Of a stretch of DNA of 42,499 nucleotides, positions 14,160 to 23,974 are shown one piece after another. The stretch lies in sequence record OZ418230.1, one strand, 5' to 3'. Every line of letters begins with the position of its first letter. Position 1 is the stretch's first letter. The translations under genes and the position numbers were made by a program. Origin of the DNA: a phage. The notes under the pieces were generated by a model, which was given only the letters and a program-made list of their open reading frames with translations, searched no databases and was not told where the DNA came from.

Positions 14160-14903
14160 ATGACACAGACAGAATCAGCGATTCTGGCGCACGCCCGGCG
14201 ATGTGCGCCAGCGGAGTCGTGCGGCTTCGTGGTAAGCACGCCGGAGGGGGAAAGATATTTTCCCTGCGTGAATATCTCCGGTGAGCCGGAGGCGTATTTC
14301 CGTATGTCGCCGGAAGACTGGCTGCAGGCAGAAATGCAGGGTGAGATTGTGGCGCTGGTCCACAGCCACCCCGGTGGTCTGCCCTGGCTGAGTGAGGCCG
14401 ACCGGCGGCTGCAGGTGCAGAGTGATTTGCCGTGGTGGCTGGTCTGCCGGGGGACGATTCATAAGTTCCGCTGTGTGCCGCATCTCACCGGGCGGCGCTT
14501 TGAGCACGGTGTGACGGACTGTTACACACTGTTCCGGGATGCTTATCATCTGGCGGGGATTGAGATGCCGGACTTTTATCGTGAGGATGACTGGTGGCGT
14601 AACGGCCAGAATCTCTATCTGGATAATCTGGAGGCGACGGGGCTGTATCAGGTGCCGTTGTCAGCGGCACAGCCGGGCGATGTGCTGCTGTGCTGTTTTG
14701 GTTCATCAGTGCCGAATCACGCCGCAATTTACTGCGGCGACGGCGAGCTGCTGCACCATATTCCTGAACAACTGAGCAAACGAGAGAGGTACACCGACAA
14801 ATGGCAGCGACGCACACACTCCCTCTGGCGTCACCGGGCATGGCGCGCATCTGCCTTTACGGGGATTTACAACGATTTGGTCGCCGCATCGACCTTCGTG
14901 TGA
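14160..14903 (+). CDS. K: tail tip assembly protein K (JAMM/NlpC-P60-like)
   Basis: Lambda K sequence; HSHPGG motif present. Longest ORF used; the classical lambda annotation starts at the internal Met corresponding to 14304. Confidence 0.85.
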   Translation: MTQTESAILAHARRCAPAESCGFVVSTPEGERYFPCVNISGEPEAYFRMSPEDWLQAEMQGEIVALVHSHPGGLPWLSEADRRLQVQSDLPWWLVCRGTIHKFRCVPHLTGRRFEHGVTDCYTLFRDAYHLAGIEMPDFYREDDWWRNGQNLYLDNLEATGLYQVPLSAAQPGDVLLCCFGSSVPNHAAIYCGDGELLHHIPEQLSKRERYTDKWQRRTHSLWRHRAWRASAFTGIYNDLVAASTFV

Positions 14904-15472
14904 AAACGGGGGCTGAAGCCATCCGGGCACTGGCCACACAGCTCCCGGCGTTTCGTCAGAAACTGAGCGACGGCTGGTATCAGGTACGGATTGCCGGGCG
15001 GGACGTCAGCACGTCCGGGTTAACGGCGCAGTTACATGAGACTCTGCCTGATGGCGCTGTGATTCATATTGTTCCCAGAGTCGCCGGGGCCAAGTCAGGT
15101 GGCGTATTCCAGGTTGTCCTGGGGGCTGCCGCCATTGCCGGATCATTCTTTACCGCCGGAGCCACCCTTGCAGCATGGGGGGCAGCCATTGGGGCCGGTG
15201 GTATGACCGGCATCCTGTTTTCTCTCGGTGCCAGTATGGTGCTCGGTGGTGTGGCGCAGATGCTGGCACCGAAAGCCAGAACTCCCCGTACACAGACAAC
15301 GGATAACGGCAAACAGAACACCTATTTCTCCTCACTGGATAACATGGTTGCCCAGGGCAATGTTCTGCCGGTTCTGTACGGTGAAATGCGCGTGGGGTCA
15401 CGCGTGGTTTCTCAGGAGATCAGCACGGCAGACGAAGGGGATGGTGGTCAGGTTGTGGTGATTGGTCGCTGA
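14801..15472 (+). CDS. I: tail tip assembly protein I
   Basis: 223 aa, overlaps K by 103 bp exactly as in lambda. Confidence 0.9.
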   Translation: MAATHTLPLASPGMARICLYGDLQRFGRRIDLRVKTGAEAIRALATQLPAFRQKLSDGWYQVRIAGRDVSTSGLTAQLHETLPDGAVIHIVPRVAGAKSGGVFQVVLGAAAIAGSFFTAGATLAAWGAAIGAGGMTGILFSLGASMVLGGVAQMLAPKARTPRTQTTDNGKQNTYFSSLDNMVAQGNVLPVLYGEMRVGSRVVSQEISTADEGDGGQVVVIGR

Positions 15473-15532
15473 TGCAAAATGTTTTATGTGAAACCGCCTC
15501 CGGGCGGTTTTGTCGTTTATGGAGCATGACGA

Positions 15533-18500
15533 ATGGGTAAAGGCAGCAGTAAGGGGCATACCCCGCGCGAAGCGAAGGACAACCTGAAGTCCACGCAGCT
15601 GCTGAGTGTGATCGATGCCATCAGCGAAGGGCCGGTTGAAGGTCCGGTGGATGGATTAAAAAGCGTGCTGCTGAACAGTACGCCGGTGCTGGACAGTGAG
15701 GGGAATACCAATATCTCCGGTGTCACGGTGGTGTTCCGGGCAGGTGAGCAGGAGCAGACTCCGCCGGAGGGGTTTGAATCCTCCGGCTCCGAGACGGTGC
15801 TGGGTACGGAAGTGAAATATGACATGCCGATCACCCGCACCATCACGTCGGCAAACATCGACCGTCTGCGCTTTACTTTCGGCGTGCAGGCACTGGTGGA
15901 AACTACCTCAAAGGGGGACAGGAATCCGTCGGAAGTCCGTCTGCTGGTTCAGATACAGCGTAATGGTGGCTGGGTGACGGAAAAAGACATCACCATTAAA
16001 GGCAAAACCACCTCGCAGTATCTGGCCTCGGTGGTGGTGGATAACCTGCCGCCGCGCCCGTTTAATATCCGGATGCGCAGGATGACGCCGGACAGCACCA
16101 CAGACCAGCTGCAGAACAAAACGCTCTGGTCGTCATACACCGAAATCATCGATGTGAAACAGGGCTACCCGAACACGGCACTGGTCGGCGTGCAGGTGGA
16201 CTCGGAACAGTTCGGCAGTCAGCAGGTGAGCCGTAATTATCATCTTCGCGGGCGCATTCTGCAGGTGCCGTCGAACTATAACCCGCAGACGCGGCAATAC
16301 AGCGGTATCTGGGACGGAACGTTAAAACCGGCATACAGCAACAACATGGCCTGGTGTCTGTGGGATATGCTGACCCATCCGCGCTACGGCATGGGAAAAC
16401 GTCTTGGTGCGGCGGATGTGGATAAATGGGCGCTGTATGTCATCGGCCAGTACTGCGACCAGTCGGTGCCGGACGGCTTTGGCGGCACGGAGCCGCGCAT
16501 TACCTGTAATGCGTACCTGACCACACAGCGCAAGGCGTGGGATGTGCTCAGTGATTTCTGCTCGGCGATGCGCTGTATGCCGGTATGGAACGGGCAGACG
16601 CTGACGTTCGTGCAGGACCGACCATCAGATAAGGTGTGGACCTATAACCGCAGTAATGTGGTGATGCCGGATGATGGCGCGCCGTTCCGCTACAGCTTCA
16701 GCGCCCTGAAGGACCGCCATAATGCCGTTGAGGTGAACTGGATTGACCCGGATAACGGCTGGGAGACGGCGACAGAGCTCGTGGAGGATACGCAGGCCAT
16801 TGCCCGTTACGGTCGTAATGTCACGAAGATGGATGCCTTTGGCTGTACCAGTCGGGGGCAGGCACACCGCGCCGGGCTGTGGCTGATTAAAACGGAACTG
16901 CTGGAAACGCAGACCGTGGATTTCAGCGTCGGCGCAGAAGGGCTTCGCCATGTACCGGGCGATGTTATTGAAATCTGTGATGATGACTATGCCGGTATCA
17001 GCACCGGTGGTCGTGTGCTGGCGGTGAACAGCCAGACCCGGACGCTGACGCTCGACCGTGAAATCACGCTGCCATCCTCCGGTACCACGCTGATAAGCCT
17101 GGTTGACGGAAGTGGCAATCCGGTCAGCGTGGAGGTTCAGTCCGTCACCGACGGCGTGAAGGTAAAAGTGAGCCGTGTTCCTGACGGTGTTGCTGAATAC
17201 AGCGTATGGGGGCTGAAGCTGCCGACGCTGCGCCAGCGCCTGTTCCGCTGTGTGAGTATCCGGGAGAACGATGACGGTACGTATGCCATCACCGCCGTGC
17301 AGCATGTACCGGAAAAAGAAGCCATCGTGGATAACGGGGCGCACTTTGACGGCGACCAGAGCGGCACGGTGAATGGTGTCACGCCGCCAGCGGTGCAGCA
17401 CCTGACCGCCGAAGTCACCACAGACAGCGGGGAATATCAGGTGCTGGCGCGATGGGACACGCCGAAGGTGGTGAAGGGCGTGAGCTTCCTGCTTCGCCTT
17501 ACCGTGGCAGCGGACGACGGCAGTGAGCGGCTGGTCAGCATGGCCCGGACGACGGAAACCACATACCGCTTCAGGCAACTGGCGCTGGGGAACTACAGGC
17601 TGACAGTCCGGGCGGTAAATGCGTGGGGGCAGCAGGGCGATCCGGCATCGGTATCGTTCCGGATTGCCGCACCGGCAGCGCCGTCGCAGATTGAGCTGAC
17701 ACCGGGGTATTTTCAGATAACCGCCACGCCCCATCTTGCCGTTTATGATCCGACGGTACAGTTTGAGTTCTGGTTCTCGGAAAAGCGGATTGCGGATATC
17801 AGGCAGGTTGAAACCACAGCCCGCTATCTTGGCACGGCGCTGTACTGGATAGCTGCCAGTATCAATATCAAACCGGGCCATGATTATTATTTTTACATCC
17901 GCAGTGTGAACACCGTTGGCAAATCGGCATTTGTGGAGGCTGTTGGCCAGCCGAGTGATGATGCATCCGGCTATCTGGATTTTTTCAAAGGCGAGATAGG
18001 GAAAAGCCATCTGGCTCAGGAGCTGTGGACGCAGATTGATAACGGTCAGCTTGCGCCTGACCTGGCTGAAATCAGGACGTCCATTACGGATGTCAGCAAT
18101 GAAATCACGCAGACCGTCAATAAGAAACTGGAAGACCAGAGTGCGGCAATTCAGCAGATACAGAAGGTTCAGGTTGATACAAATAATAACCTGAACAGCA
18201 TGTGGGCTGTGAAGCTGCAGCAGATGCAGGACGGACGCCTTTATATCGCGGGTATTGGTGCCGGTATTGAGAACACCCCTGACGGCATGCAGAGTCAGGT
18301 GCTGCTGGCGGCGGACAGGATTGCGATGATTAATCCTGCGAATGGCAATACAAAGCCGATGTTTGTTGGGCAGGGCGATCAGATATTCATGAACGAAGTG
18401 TTCCTGAAATATCTGACGGCTCCCACCATTACCAGCGGTGGCAATCCCCCAACGTTTTCACTGACACCTGATGGTCGACTTTCTGCGAGAAATGCGGATA

Positions 18501-19015
18501 TCAGCGGTAACGTGAATGCGAACTCCGGGACGCTCAATAATGTCACGATTAACCAGAACTGTCGGATTCTGGGAAAACTGTCAGCTAACCAGATTGAAGG
18601 TGATATTGTCAAAACGGTGGGAAAAGCCTTTCCGAGAAATGGCAGTTATGCCAGCGGTACAATAACGGTCACTGTGTACGATGACCAGGCTTTTGACCGT
18701 CAGATAGTCGTCCCCCCCGTTCTGTTTCGCGGTGGTAAGCATGAAAACTTCAACAGCAACAACCAACAGTCATACTGGTATTCAACCTGTAAGCTGCAGG
18801 TGCTGAAGAACGGACAGGAAATCTTTCAGCAACCCGCGACGGATGTCAGCAGGGTATTTTCATCAGTCATTGATATGCCTGCCGGACACGGCCATGTCAC
18901 CCTGACTTTCAATGTTTCTTCATATGGTGCAAATAACTGGACGCCAACGACCAGTATCAGCGACCTTCTTGTTGTCGTGATGAAGAAATCAACAGCCGGC
19001 ATCAGTATCAGTTGA
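15533..19015 (+). CDS. J: central tail fibre / host-specificity protein J
   Basis: 1160 aa; lambda J-like over most of the length, C-terminal ~150 aa divergent (lambda J is 1132 aa). Confidence 0.92.
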   Translation: MGKGSSKGHTPREAKDNLKSTQLLSVIDAISEGPVEGPVDGLKSVLLNSTPVLDSEGNTNISGVTVVFRAGEQEQTPPEGFESSGSETVLGTEVKYDMPITRTITSANIDRLRFTFGVQALVETTSKGDRNPSEVRLLVQIQRNGGWVTEKDITIKGKTTSQYLASVVVDNLPPRPFNIRMRRMTPDSTTDQLQNKTLWSSYTEIIDVKQGYPNTALVGVQVDSEQFGSQQVSRNYHLRGRILQVPSNYNPQTRQYSGIWDGTLKPAYSNNMAWCLWDMLTHPRYGMGKRLGAADVDKWALYVIGQYCDQSVPDGFGGTEPRITCNAYLTTQRKAWDVLSDFCSAMRCMPVWNGQTLTFVQDRPSDKVWTYNRSNVVMPDDGAPFRYSFSALKDRHNAVEVNWIDPDNGWETATELVEDTQAIARYGRNVTKMDAFGCTSRGQAHRAGLWLIKTELLETQTVDFSVGAEGLRHVPGDVIEICDDDYAGISTGGRVLAVNSQTRTLTLDREITLPSSGTTLISLVDGSGNPVSVEVQSVTDGVKVKVSRVPDGVAEYSVWGLKLPTLRQRLFRCVSIRENDDGTYAITAVQHVPEKEAIVDNGAHFDGDQSGTVNGVTPPAVQHLTAEVTTDSGEYQVLARWDTPKVVKGVSFLLRLTVAADDGSERLVSMARTTETTYRFRQLALGNYRLTVRAVNAWGQQGDPASVSFRIAAPAAPSQIELTPGYFQITATPHLAVYDPTVQFEFWFSEKRIADIRQVETTARYLGTALYWIAASINIKPGHDYYFYIRSVNTVGKSAFVEAVGQPSDDASGYLDFFKGEIGKSHLAQELWTQIDNGQLAPDLAEIRTSITDVSNEITQTVNKKLEDQSAAIQQIQKVQVDTNNNLNSMWAVKLQQMQDGRLYIAGIGAGIENTPDGMQSQVLLAADRIAMINPANGNTKPMFVGQGDQIFMNEVFLKYLTAPTITSGGNPPTFSLTPDGRLSARNADISGNVNANSGTLNNVTINQNCRILGKLSANQIEGDIVKTVGKAFPRNGSYASGTITVTVYDDQAFDRQIVVPPVLFRGGKHENFNSNNQQSYWYSTCKLQVLKNGQEIFQQPATDVSRVFSSVIDMPAGHGHVTLTFNVSSYGANNWTPTTSISDLLVVVMKKSTAGISIS

Positions 19016-19034
19016 ATTTTAAAACCCAAATTCG

Positions 19035-19058
19035 GGCACCAGAAATGGTGCCTTTTTT
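19035..19058 (+). terminator. rho-independent terminator after J
   Basis: Hairpin ggcacc-agaaat-ggtgcc followed by TTTTTT. Confidence 0.6.
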
Positions 19059-19073
19059 ATTTGTGGAGTGAAT

Positions 19074-21095
19074 ATGGCAGTACAGATTTCAGGTGTGCTG
19101 AAAGACGGTGCAGGAAAACCGATACAGAACTGCACCATTCAGCTCAAAGCAAAACGTAACAGCACCACAGTTGTGGTGAACACGGTGGCCTCAGAAAATC
19201 CGGATGAAGCCGGACGTTACAGCATGGATGTTGAGTATGGCCAGTACAGCGTCGCCCTGCTGGTTGAAGGTTTTCCGCCTTCACATGCCGGGACCATCAC
19301 CGTGTATGAGGATTCTAAGCCGGGGACATTGAATGATTTTCTGGGCGCTGCAACAGAAGATGATGTTTGTCCGGAGGCACTGTATCGTTTTGAAAAGATG
19401 GTGGAAGAGGCGGCACGCAACGCTGAAGCCGCCTCTCAGAGCGCAGCGGCAGCAAAGAAATCAGAAACAGCAGCGGCATCGTCCAGGAACGCGGCGAAAA
19501 CATCAGAGACGAATGCAGGTAACAGCGCGAAAGCGGCAGCTTCTTCAAAAACAGCCGCACAAAACGCAGCAACAGCGGCAGAACGTTCAGAGACAAATGC
19601 CCGTGCGTCAGAAGAAGCCTCCGCAGACAGTGAAGAGGCTTCCCGCCGTAATGCAGAGTCAGCCGCTGAAAATGCCGGAGTCGCCACCACAAAAGCGCGG
19701 GAGGCCGCAGCAGACGCAACAAAGGCCGGGCAGAAAAAGGATGAGGCTCTGTCGGCAGCGACACGAGCTGAAAAGGCGGCAGACCGCGCAGAAGCCGCAG
19801 CGGAAGTGACTGCAGAGCCCTGTGCGAATATAGTGCCGCCGCTGCCTGATGTGTGGATACCGTTTAACGATTCACTGGATATGATTACGGGTTTTTCGCC
19901 ATCTTATAAAAAGATAGTTATTGGTGACGATGAAATAACAATGCCAGGCGACAAGATTGTTAAGTTTAAACGTGCTTCAACAGCAACGTATATTAATAAG
20001 TCCGGCCAACTCAAGCTTGCTGAAGTTGACGAACCGCGATTTGAGCGCGATGGCTTATTGATTGAAGGACAGAGGACAAATTATCTGAGGAACTCAAATA
20101 AACCAGACTCATGGACTGTTCATTCCGCACTGAATAAAACATTTGGCACTGATAAACAGGGGTTCAATTATGCCACGGTGACACCCACGGAAAGTATAGT
20201 GGGAACAACAGGTGGCTATACTGTGCATGGTGTGGTTGCAGCAGACAGATTCCCGCTGGCAAGTGGTGAATGTTTCACTTTTTCGTGCCGGGTTAAAGGC
20301 GCTAAAGCACGATGCAGGTTAAGAGTTTCAGTTATTATTGGTGGAACAGATACCTTCTCTGCTGACTCTTATCTTGATCTGGATACCCGGATCGCAACAG
20401 TAAGCGGTAATACATCCCTTATAACAGCCAAAGCTGAACAACAGGGCGAGTGGACCTACTATGAGGCCACTTATACAGCTAATACGGACATTGATACCGT
20501 TAACTGTGCTTTTTATATGACAAATAAAATAAGTAATGAGCCATTCTATGATGACTCAACATTAACCATGACGACGCCGCAAATTGAACTGGGCAATACG
20601 GCATCGTCATTTATTGTAACTACAATGCCAACAACACGCGCAAGTGATGTAGTTACTATCCCATCGCAGAATAACCTGTCAACACGGCCTTTTACGGTAT
20701 TGTGCGAAGTAAGCAGGAACTGGAGTACACCGCCCAATGTTGCGCCAAGGATATTTGATGTTGGAGGGCACAGTATTGATGATAATTATTTATCGCTGGG
20801 GTTTGTTGCAACAGGAAAGATAAGCGCCAACGTAGGAATGGTTCAGCCACAAATTGCCTCAGATGGAGAAAGGTTCATTGTGGGTGTGAGAGCTAAATCT
20901 GATTTATCAGTAAATGCAATATGCAATGGTAATTATACAACAAACCTTAATGGTAAAATATTTGGAGTTACAGCAACATCGTACCGGTTTGGTGGGCAGA
21001 CCGCAGCAGGAACGCGTCATTTGTTTGGACACATCAGAAATTTCAGAGTCTGGTTTAAAGAATTAAATGACAGGCAAATCAAGGAGGCAGTATGA
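19074..21095 (+). CDS. stf: side tail fibre protein, mosaic (lambda Stf-like N-terminus, Ala-rich repeat region, divergent distal domain)
   Basis: N-terminal ~110 aa match lambda orf-401/Stf (MAVQISGVLKDGAGKPIQNCTIQLKA...); central A/S/E-rich repeats with recurring SETNA motifs; C-terminal ~420 aa not lambda-like and lower GC. Confidence 0.8.
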   Translation: MAVQISGVLKDGAGKPIQNCTIQLKAKRNSTTVVVNTVASENPDEAGRYSMDVEYGQYSVALLVEGFPPSHAGTITVYEDSKPGTLNDFLGAATEDDVCPEALYRFEKMVEEAARNAEAASQSAAAAKKSETAAASSRNAAKTSETNAGNSAKAAASSKTAAQNAATAAERSETNARASEEASADSEEASRRNAESAAENAGVATTKAREAAADATKAGQKKDEALSAATRAEKAADRAEAAAEVTAEPCANIVPPLPDVWIPFNDSLDMITGFSPSYKKIVIGDDEITMPGDKIVKFKRASTATYINKSGQLKLAEVDEPRFERDGLLIEGQRTNYLRNSNKPDSWTVHSALNKTFGTDKQGFNYATVTPTESIVGTTGGYTVHGVVAADRFPLASGECFTFSCRVKGAKARCRLRVSVIIGGTDTFSADSYLDLDTRIATVSGNTSLITAKAEQQGEWTYYEATYTANTDIDTVNCAFYMTNKISNEPFYDDSTLTMTTPQIELGNTASSFIVTTMPTTRASDVVTIPSQNNLSTRPFTVLCEVSRNWSTPPNVAPRIFDVGGHSIDDNYLSLGFVATGKISANVGMVQPQIASDGERFIVGVRAKSDLSVNAICNGNYTTNLNGKIFGVTATSYRFGGQTAAGTRHLFGHIRNFRVWFKELNDRQIKEAV

Positions 21096-21370
21096 AAGAT
21101 TTAACTTTGAAATTTCCTGGTAACAGAGAGTTTAAATCCTTCCTGTCATCTCTTGACTGGGAGGAGGATGAAGACCTCCAGAATAAACTGTTAGTCGATG
21201 AAATTGGTTTCACCTACACAGAAACAGGGGTAACAGAAGAGGGAGAACCTGTCTGTGTCCGGAATGACGGTTATTTTGTCAACATTCGCATTCTTGATGA
21301 CTTGTTTGATGTTTCTGTATTCTCTGATTATGTCGTGGAGCTGGAAACACCGCTTCGGGAATGGAGCTGA
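21092..21370 (+). CDS. small acidic hypothetical protein (possible tail fibre chaperone)
   Basis: 92-aa ORF with ATGA overlap on stf stop; no family recognised. Confidence 0.45.
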   Translation: MKDLTLKFPGNREFKSFLSSLDWEEDEDLQNKLLVDEIGFTYTETGVTEEGEPVCVRNDGYFVNIRILDDLFDVSVFSDYVVELETPLREWS

Positions 21371-21382
21371 AAGGAGGAAATA

Positions 21383-21610
21383 ATGGATATAAGCCCCTTA
21401 CTTCATGCACTTTGTGCTGTGGCTGCGCAGATACTGGTTGGTCTTTTTACCGGAAACTGGGCTTACGGAGCGATAGCCGGTTGTACGTTCTTCATTGCGC
21501 GTGAACATACCCAGGCAGAATATCGCTGGATTGAAATGTTCGGGCATGGCAAGCGAATGAATATGCCGTGGTGGGGCGGTTTTGATGTTACGCCATATGG
21601 GCTGGACTGA
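21383..21610 (+). CDS. hypothetical small hydrophobic protein
   Basis: 75-aa ORF with hydrophobic N-terminus; its last codons run into the icd-homologous segment in a different frame, so could be fortuitous. Confidence 0.3.
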   Translation: MDISPLLHALCAVAAQILVGLFTGNWAYGAIAGCTFFIAREHTQAEYRWIEMFGHGKRMNMPWWGGFDVTPYGLD

Positions 21611-21749
21611 AGCCGCAGACCTGATTGTTAAAGGTATGGAAGGCGCAATCAACGCCAAGACTGTAACCTATGACTTCGAACGTCTGATGGAAGGCGCTAA
21701 ATTGCTGAAATGTAGCGAGTTTGGCGACGCGATCATCAAGAACATGTAA
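21585..21749 (+). other. attP-associated substitute 3' end of host icd (isocitrate dehydrogenase)
   Basis: Open frame translating [54 protein letters not shown], near-identical to the E. coli Icd C-terminus; phages 21 and e14 integrate in icd. Confidence 0.8.
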
Positions 21750-21772
21750 TCACTACATGTGTTAAATATTTA

Positions 21773-21800
21773 AACGGGCGTGTTATACGCCCGTTGTTTT
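21773..21800 (+). terminator. rho-independent terminator following the icd 3' segment
   Basis: Stem aacgggcg/cgcccgtt with 7-nt loop followed by gtttt. Confidence 0.65.
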
Positions 21801-21815
21801 ATGATGATGTAAAAT

Positions 21816-21852
21816 CTTCCCCAAAACTTTCCCCAAAACCCTTCCCCAAAAC
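21816..21852. repeat. three tandem 12-13 bp direct repeats (c/t)ttccccaaaac; candidate integrase arm-type sites
   Basis: cttccccaaaac / tttccccaaaac / ccttccccaaaac in direct succession between the icd segment and the int 3' end. Confidence 0.6.
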
Positions 21853-21862
21853 TGGCTATTTT

Positions 21863-23005
21863 CTATGCTGTTTTGATATCTACGATAACCCAGTCTTTAC
21901 CACGATCATCATTGTATCGGTCGGTCATTTTTCTGGATTTATGGCCTAACAACTTTTGCGTATCCAGACCCTGTTCCCGATATAACCGTTCTGACAGAGA
22001 TCGCTGCTCATGAAATGTGGGCGCAGTTCCTTGCTCCCATTTTATGCCACATTTTTCCCTGGCCTTTTTAAAAGCCGTTGTCAGAGTATTTGCAGAAACC
22101 TGGTCTCCTCTGTTTGCTTGAGAGGTAGTGTGACGGTAATGGACCAGATATTTACTAACAACAGCATCCCTGCACTGAGATATAACTTCACGAAGGGTAA
22201 TATTCAGAGCATCGCATTTCAGGTTAAGCGGAATAGCAAGTTTTGAACCGGTTTTTTCCTGAGTAATGTGCAACATGTCGTCCCAGATATCAGAGAATTT
22301 CAAATTGCAGATATCACCTAAACGTTGTCCAGTAACAAGAGCAAGTAGCATGCCGCATTTTAAATAGGGCTGCCGTCTGCTTACGCTTTCAAATATTGCC
22401 TGCCATTCGGGCAGTGACAATCTTTGGCGGTTTACTCGATTTCGCGGTTGTTTTGTTGCCTGCGCTGGGTTAAATCCTGGCGGAACATGTCCTGCGTGTT
22501 GTGCTTCTTTGAAGACGTCGATCAACACCATTCTCACGACTTGCGCCATCCTGTTATGACCTTCAGCCTTTACAGCATCAATTATTTCGGCAATATCAAG
22601 TGCGGTAATATCCTTGAGGTGTTGCATTCCACAATGCTCACGGAAAAGACGAATGGGTTTGCCTTTTTGCCGATAGGAGTTGGGTCTTAGTTCATTATGT
22701 TGCAGCCTGTCCTCCTGGATAGAAATATATTTATCAAGCCATTCTGTCACCGTAATTTCTGAGCGCCTGCCTTTCATTCTTTCCAGACGCTCATTGACGC
22801 TTAATATTTGTCGGGTACGTTGTTCAGCAATAATGGTATTTGCTTCAGTAGCAACTTGTTTTGCTTCATTCTCATCAGTTCCTAAGCTATGAAAACGACC
22901 GGATAGTGGATGTTTGTATTGCCAATATACCTTTCCGGTTCGCTTATCTAATTTGCAATATAAATTGGGTATAGAGATTTTGTGAGATCGGGGTCTAGCA
23001 GCCAT
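21863..23005 (-). CDS. int: tyrosine integrase, phage 21/e14 (icd-targeting) type
   Basis: 380 aa with tyrosine-recombinase C-terminal region (…HEQRSLSERLYREQGLDTQKLLGHKS…); resembles e14 IntE from memory; adjacent to attP. Confidence 0.9.
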   Translation of the reverse strand: MAARPRSHKISIPNLYCKLDKRTGKVYWQYKHPLSGRFHSLGTDENEAKQVATEANTIIAEQRTRQILSVNERLERMKGRRSEITVTEWLDKYISIQEDRLQHNELRPNSYRQKGKPIRLFREHCGMQHLKDITALDIAEIIDAVKAEGHNRMAQVVRMVLIDVFKEAQHAGHVPPGFNPAQATKQPRNRVNRQRLSLPEWQAIFESVSRRQPYLKCGMLLALVTGQRLGDICNLKFSDIWDDMLHITQEKTGSKLAIPLNLKCDALNITLREVISQCRDAVVSKYLVHYRHTTSQANRGDQVSANTLTTAFKKAREKCGIKWEQGTAPTFHEQRSLSERLYREQGLDTQKLLGHKSRKMTDRYNDDRGKDWVIVDIKTA

Positions 23006-23231
23006 CAGCGATTATCCGTTGGAGTTTTGGGTTTGCGTTTATTGGGAGTTGCGGTTCTGCAAGCGTTCCTACAAAACGGGAATTTCGGTCAATCATCCAG
23101 TAGCGACCAACTTTTATAGCGGGTGGGGCCATCATTTTCCCTTGCGCGTATTTTTTCAGAACTCGCTCACTTGGTGCTAAGTCCCCAAATTCTTCTTTAG
23201 CCCAGTCCTGTAAAGTGATTAGTCGAGACAT
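22995..23231 (-). CDS. xis: excisionase
   Basis: 78-aa ORF overlapping int start by 11 bp, position typical of xis. Confidence 0.75.
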   Translation of the reverse strand: MSRLITLQDWAKEEFGDLAPSERVLKKYAQGKMMAPPAIKVGRYWMIDRNSRFVGTLAEPQLPINANPKLQRIIADGC

Positions 23232-23370
23232 TTGTCCTCCTCTTAGCTGCTGAGGGAGTTTGTGACCGATATATCTGACATGATATTAAGCTCATGGCAG
23301 GTACATCTCTTGACTGGTCATAGAGATAAATTTAATGCTGAGAAATGCAGTATTGAATTTATCAATTTTT

Positions 23371-23610
23371 CTATTTCCTGCGTATGGCACGTAACTTCTT
23401 AATGTGTTCTGCCGTTTCGATCTCTTCTGCTATCCGATCTGCATCAGCTTTATTCACAGGTTCAAAGTCATGATTAAAGCGGAACATGCTGGCGATACAT
23501 GTTCTGCCTTTTCGGATGTAGTGAACTTTGTTGTAGGTAGAACGCAGGATTTTGCAGGGAGTGCCGTGGTGGTCGACGTACCAGGTGTTAGGAAAAATGA
23601 TTCTGAGCAT
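23371..23610 (-). CDS. hypothetical protein
   Basis: 79-aa ORF in the distal pL operon; no family recognised. Confidence 0.4.
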   Translation of the reverse strand: MLRIIFPNTWYVDHHGTPCKILRSTYNKVHYIRKGRTCIASMFRFNHDFEPVNKADADRIAEEIETAEHIKKLRAIRRK

Positions 23611-23657
23611 TTTTACACCTCAGTTGGACGATGTTGAAATTTGCTGCTTTGAGGCCA

Positions 23658-23876
23658 TCACAATCCCCATTGTTTGTTCTTAAGTTCGATCTCCTCCTGG
23701 CAACTTGCACAAGTCCGACAACCCTGAACGACCAGGCGTCTTCGCTCATCTATCGGATCGCCACACTCACAACAATGAGTGGCAGATACAGTCTGGTAGT
23801 TCAGACGACGCATTTTTATTGCTGTATTGCGCTGTAATTCTTCGATTTCTGATGCTGAATCAATGATGTCTGCCAT
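23658..23876 (-). CDS. TraR/DksA-family C4 zinc-finger protein
   Basis: 72 aa with CxxC…CxxC (CCECGDPIDERRRLVVQGCRTCASCQ) typical of the TraR/DksA zinc ribbon. Confidence 0.6.
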   Translation of the reverse strand: MADIIDSASEIEELQRNTAIKMRRLNYQTVSATHCCECGDPIDERRRLVVQGCRTCASCQEEIELKNKQWGL

Positions 23877-23974
23877 CTTCCATTAATCCCTGAATTGTTG
23901 GTTAATACGCTTGAGGGTGAATGCGAATAATAAAAAAGGAGCCTGTAGCTCCCTGATGATTTTGCTTTTCATGT

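Noticed and set aside
16625-18010. 461-aa minus-strand ORF inside J
   Set aside because: Entirely antisense to the well-supported J coding sequence in GC-rich DNA; no independent signals. Treated as a shadow ORF.
19016-19073. lom gene between J and stf
   Set aside because: Only 58 bp separate J and stf, enough for a terminator only; lom is absent.
19315-19809. Overlapping ORFs (plus-strand Q/R-rich and minus-strand) across the stf repeat region
   Set aside because: Alternative-frame readings of the Ala/Ser/Glu-rich repetitive codons of stf; low-complexity translations.
21816-21852. Possible CRISPR array
   Set aside because: Only three short tandem repeats with no spacers; far more consistent with integrase arm sites. 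No CRISPR array is evident anywhere in the window.
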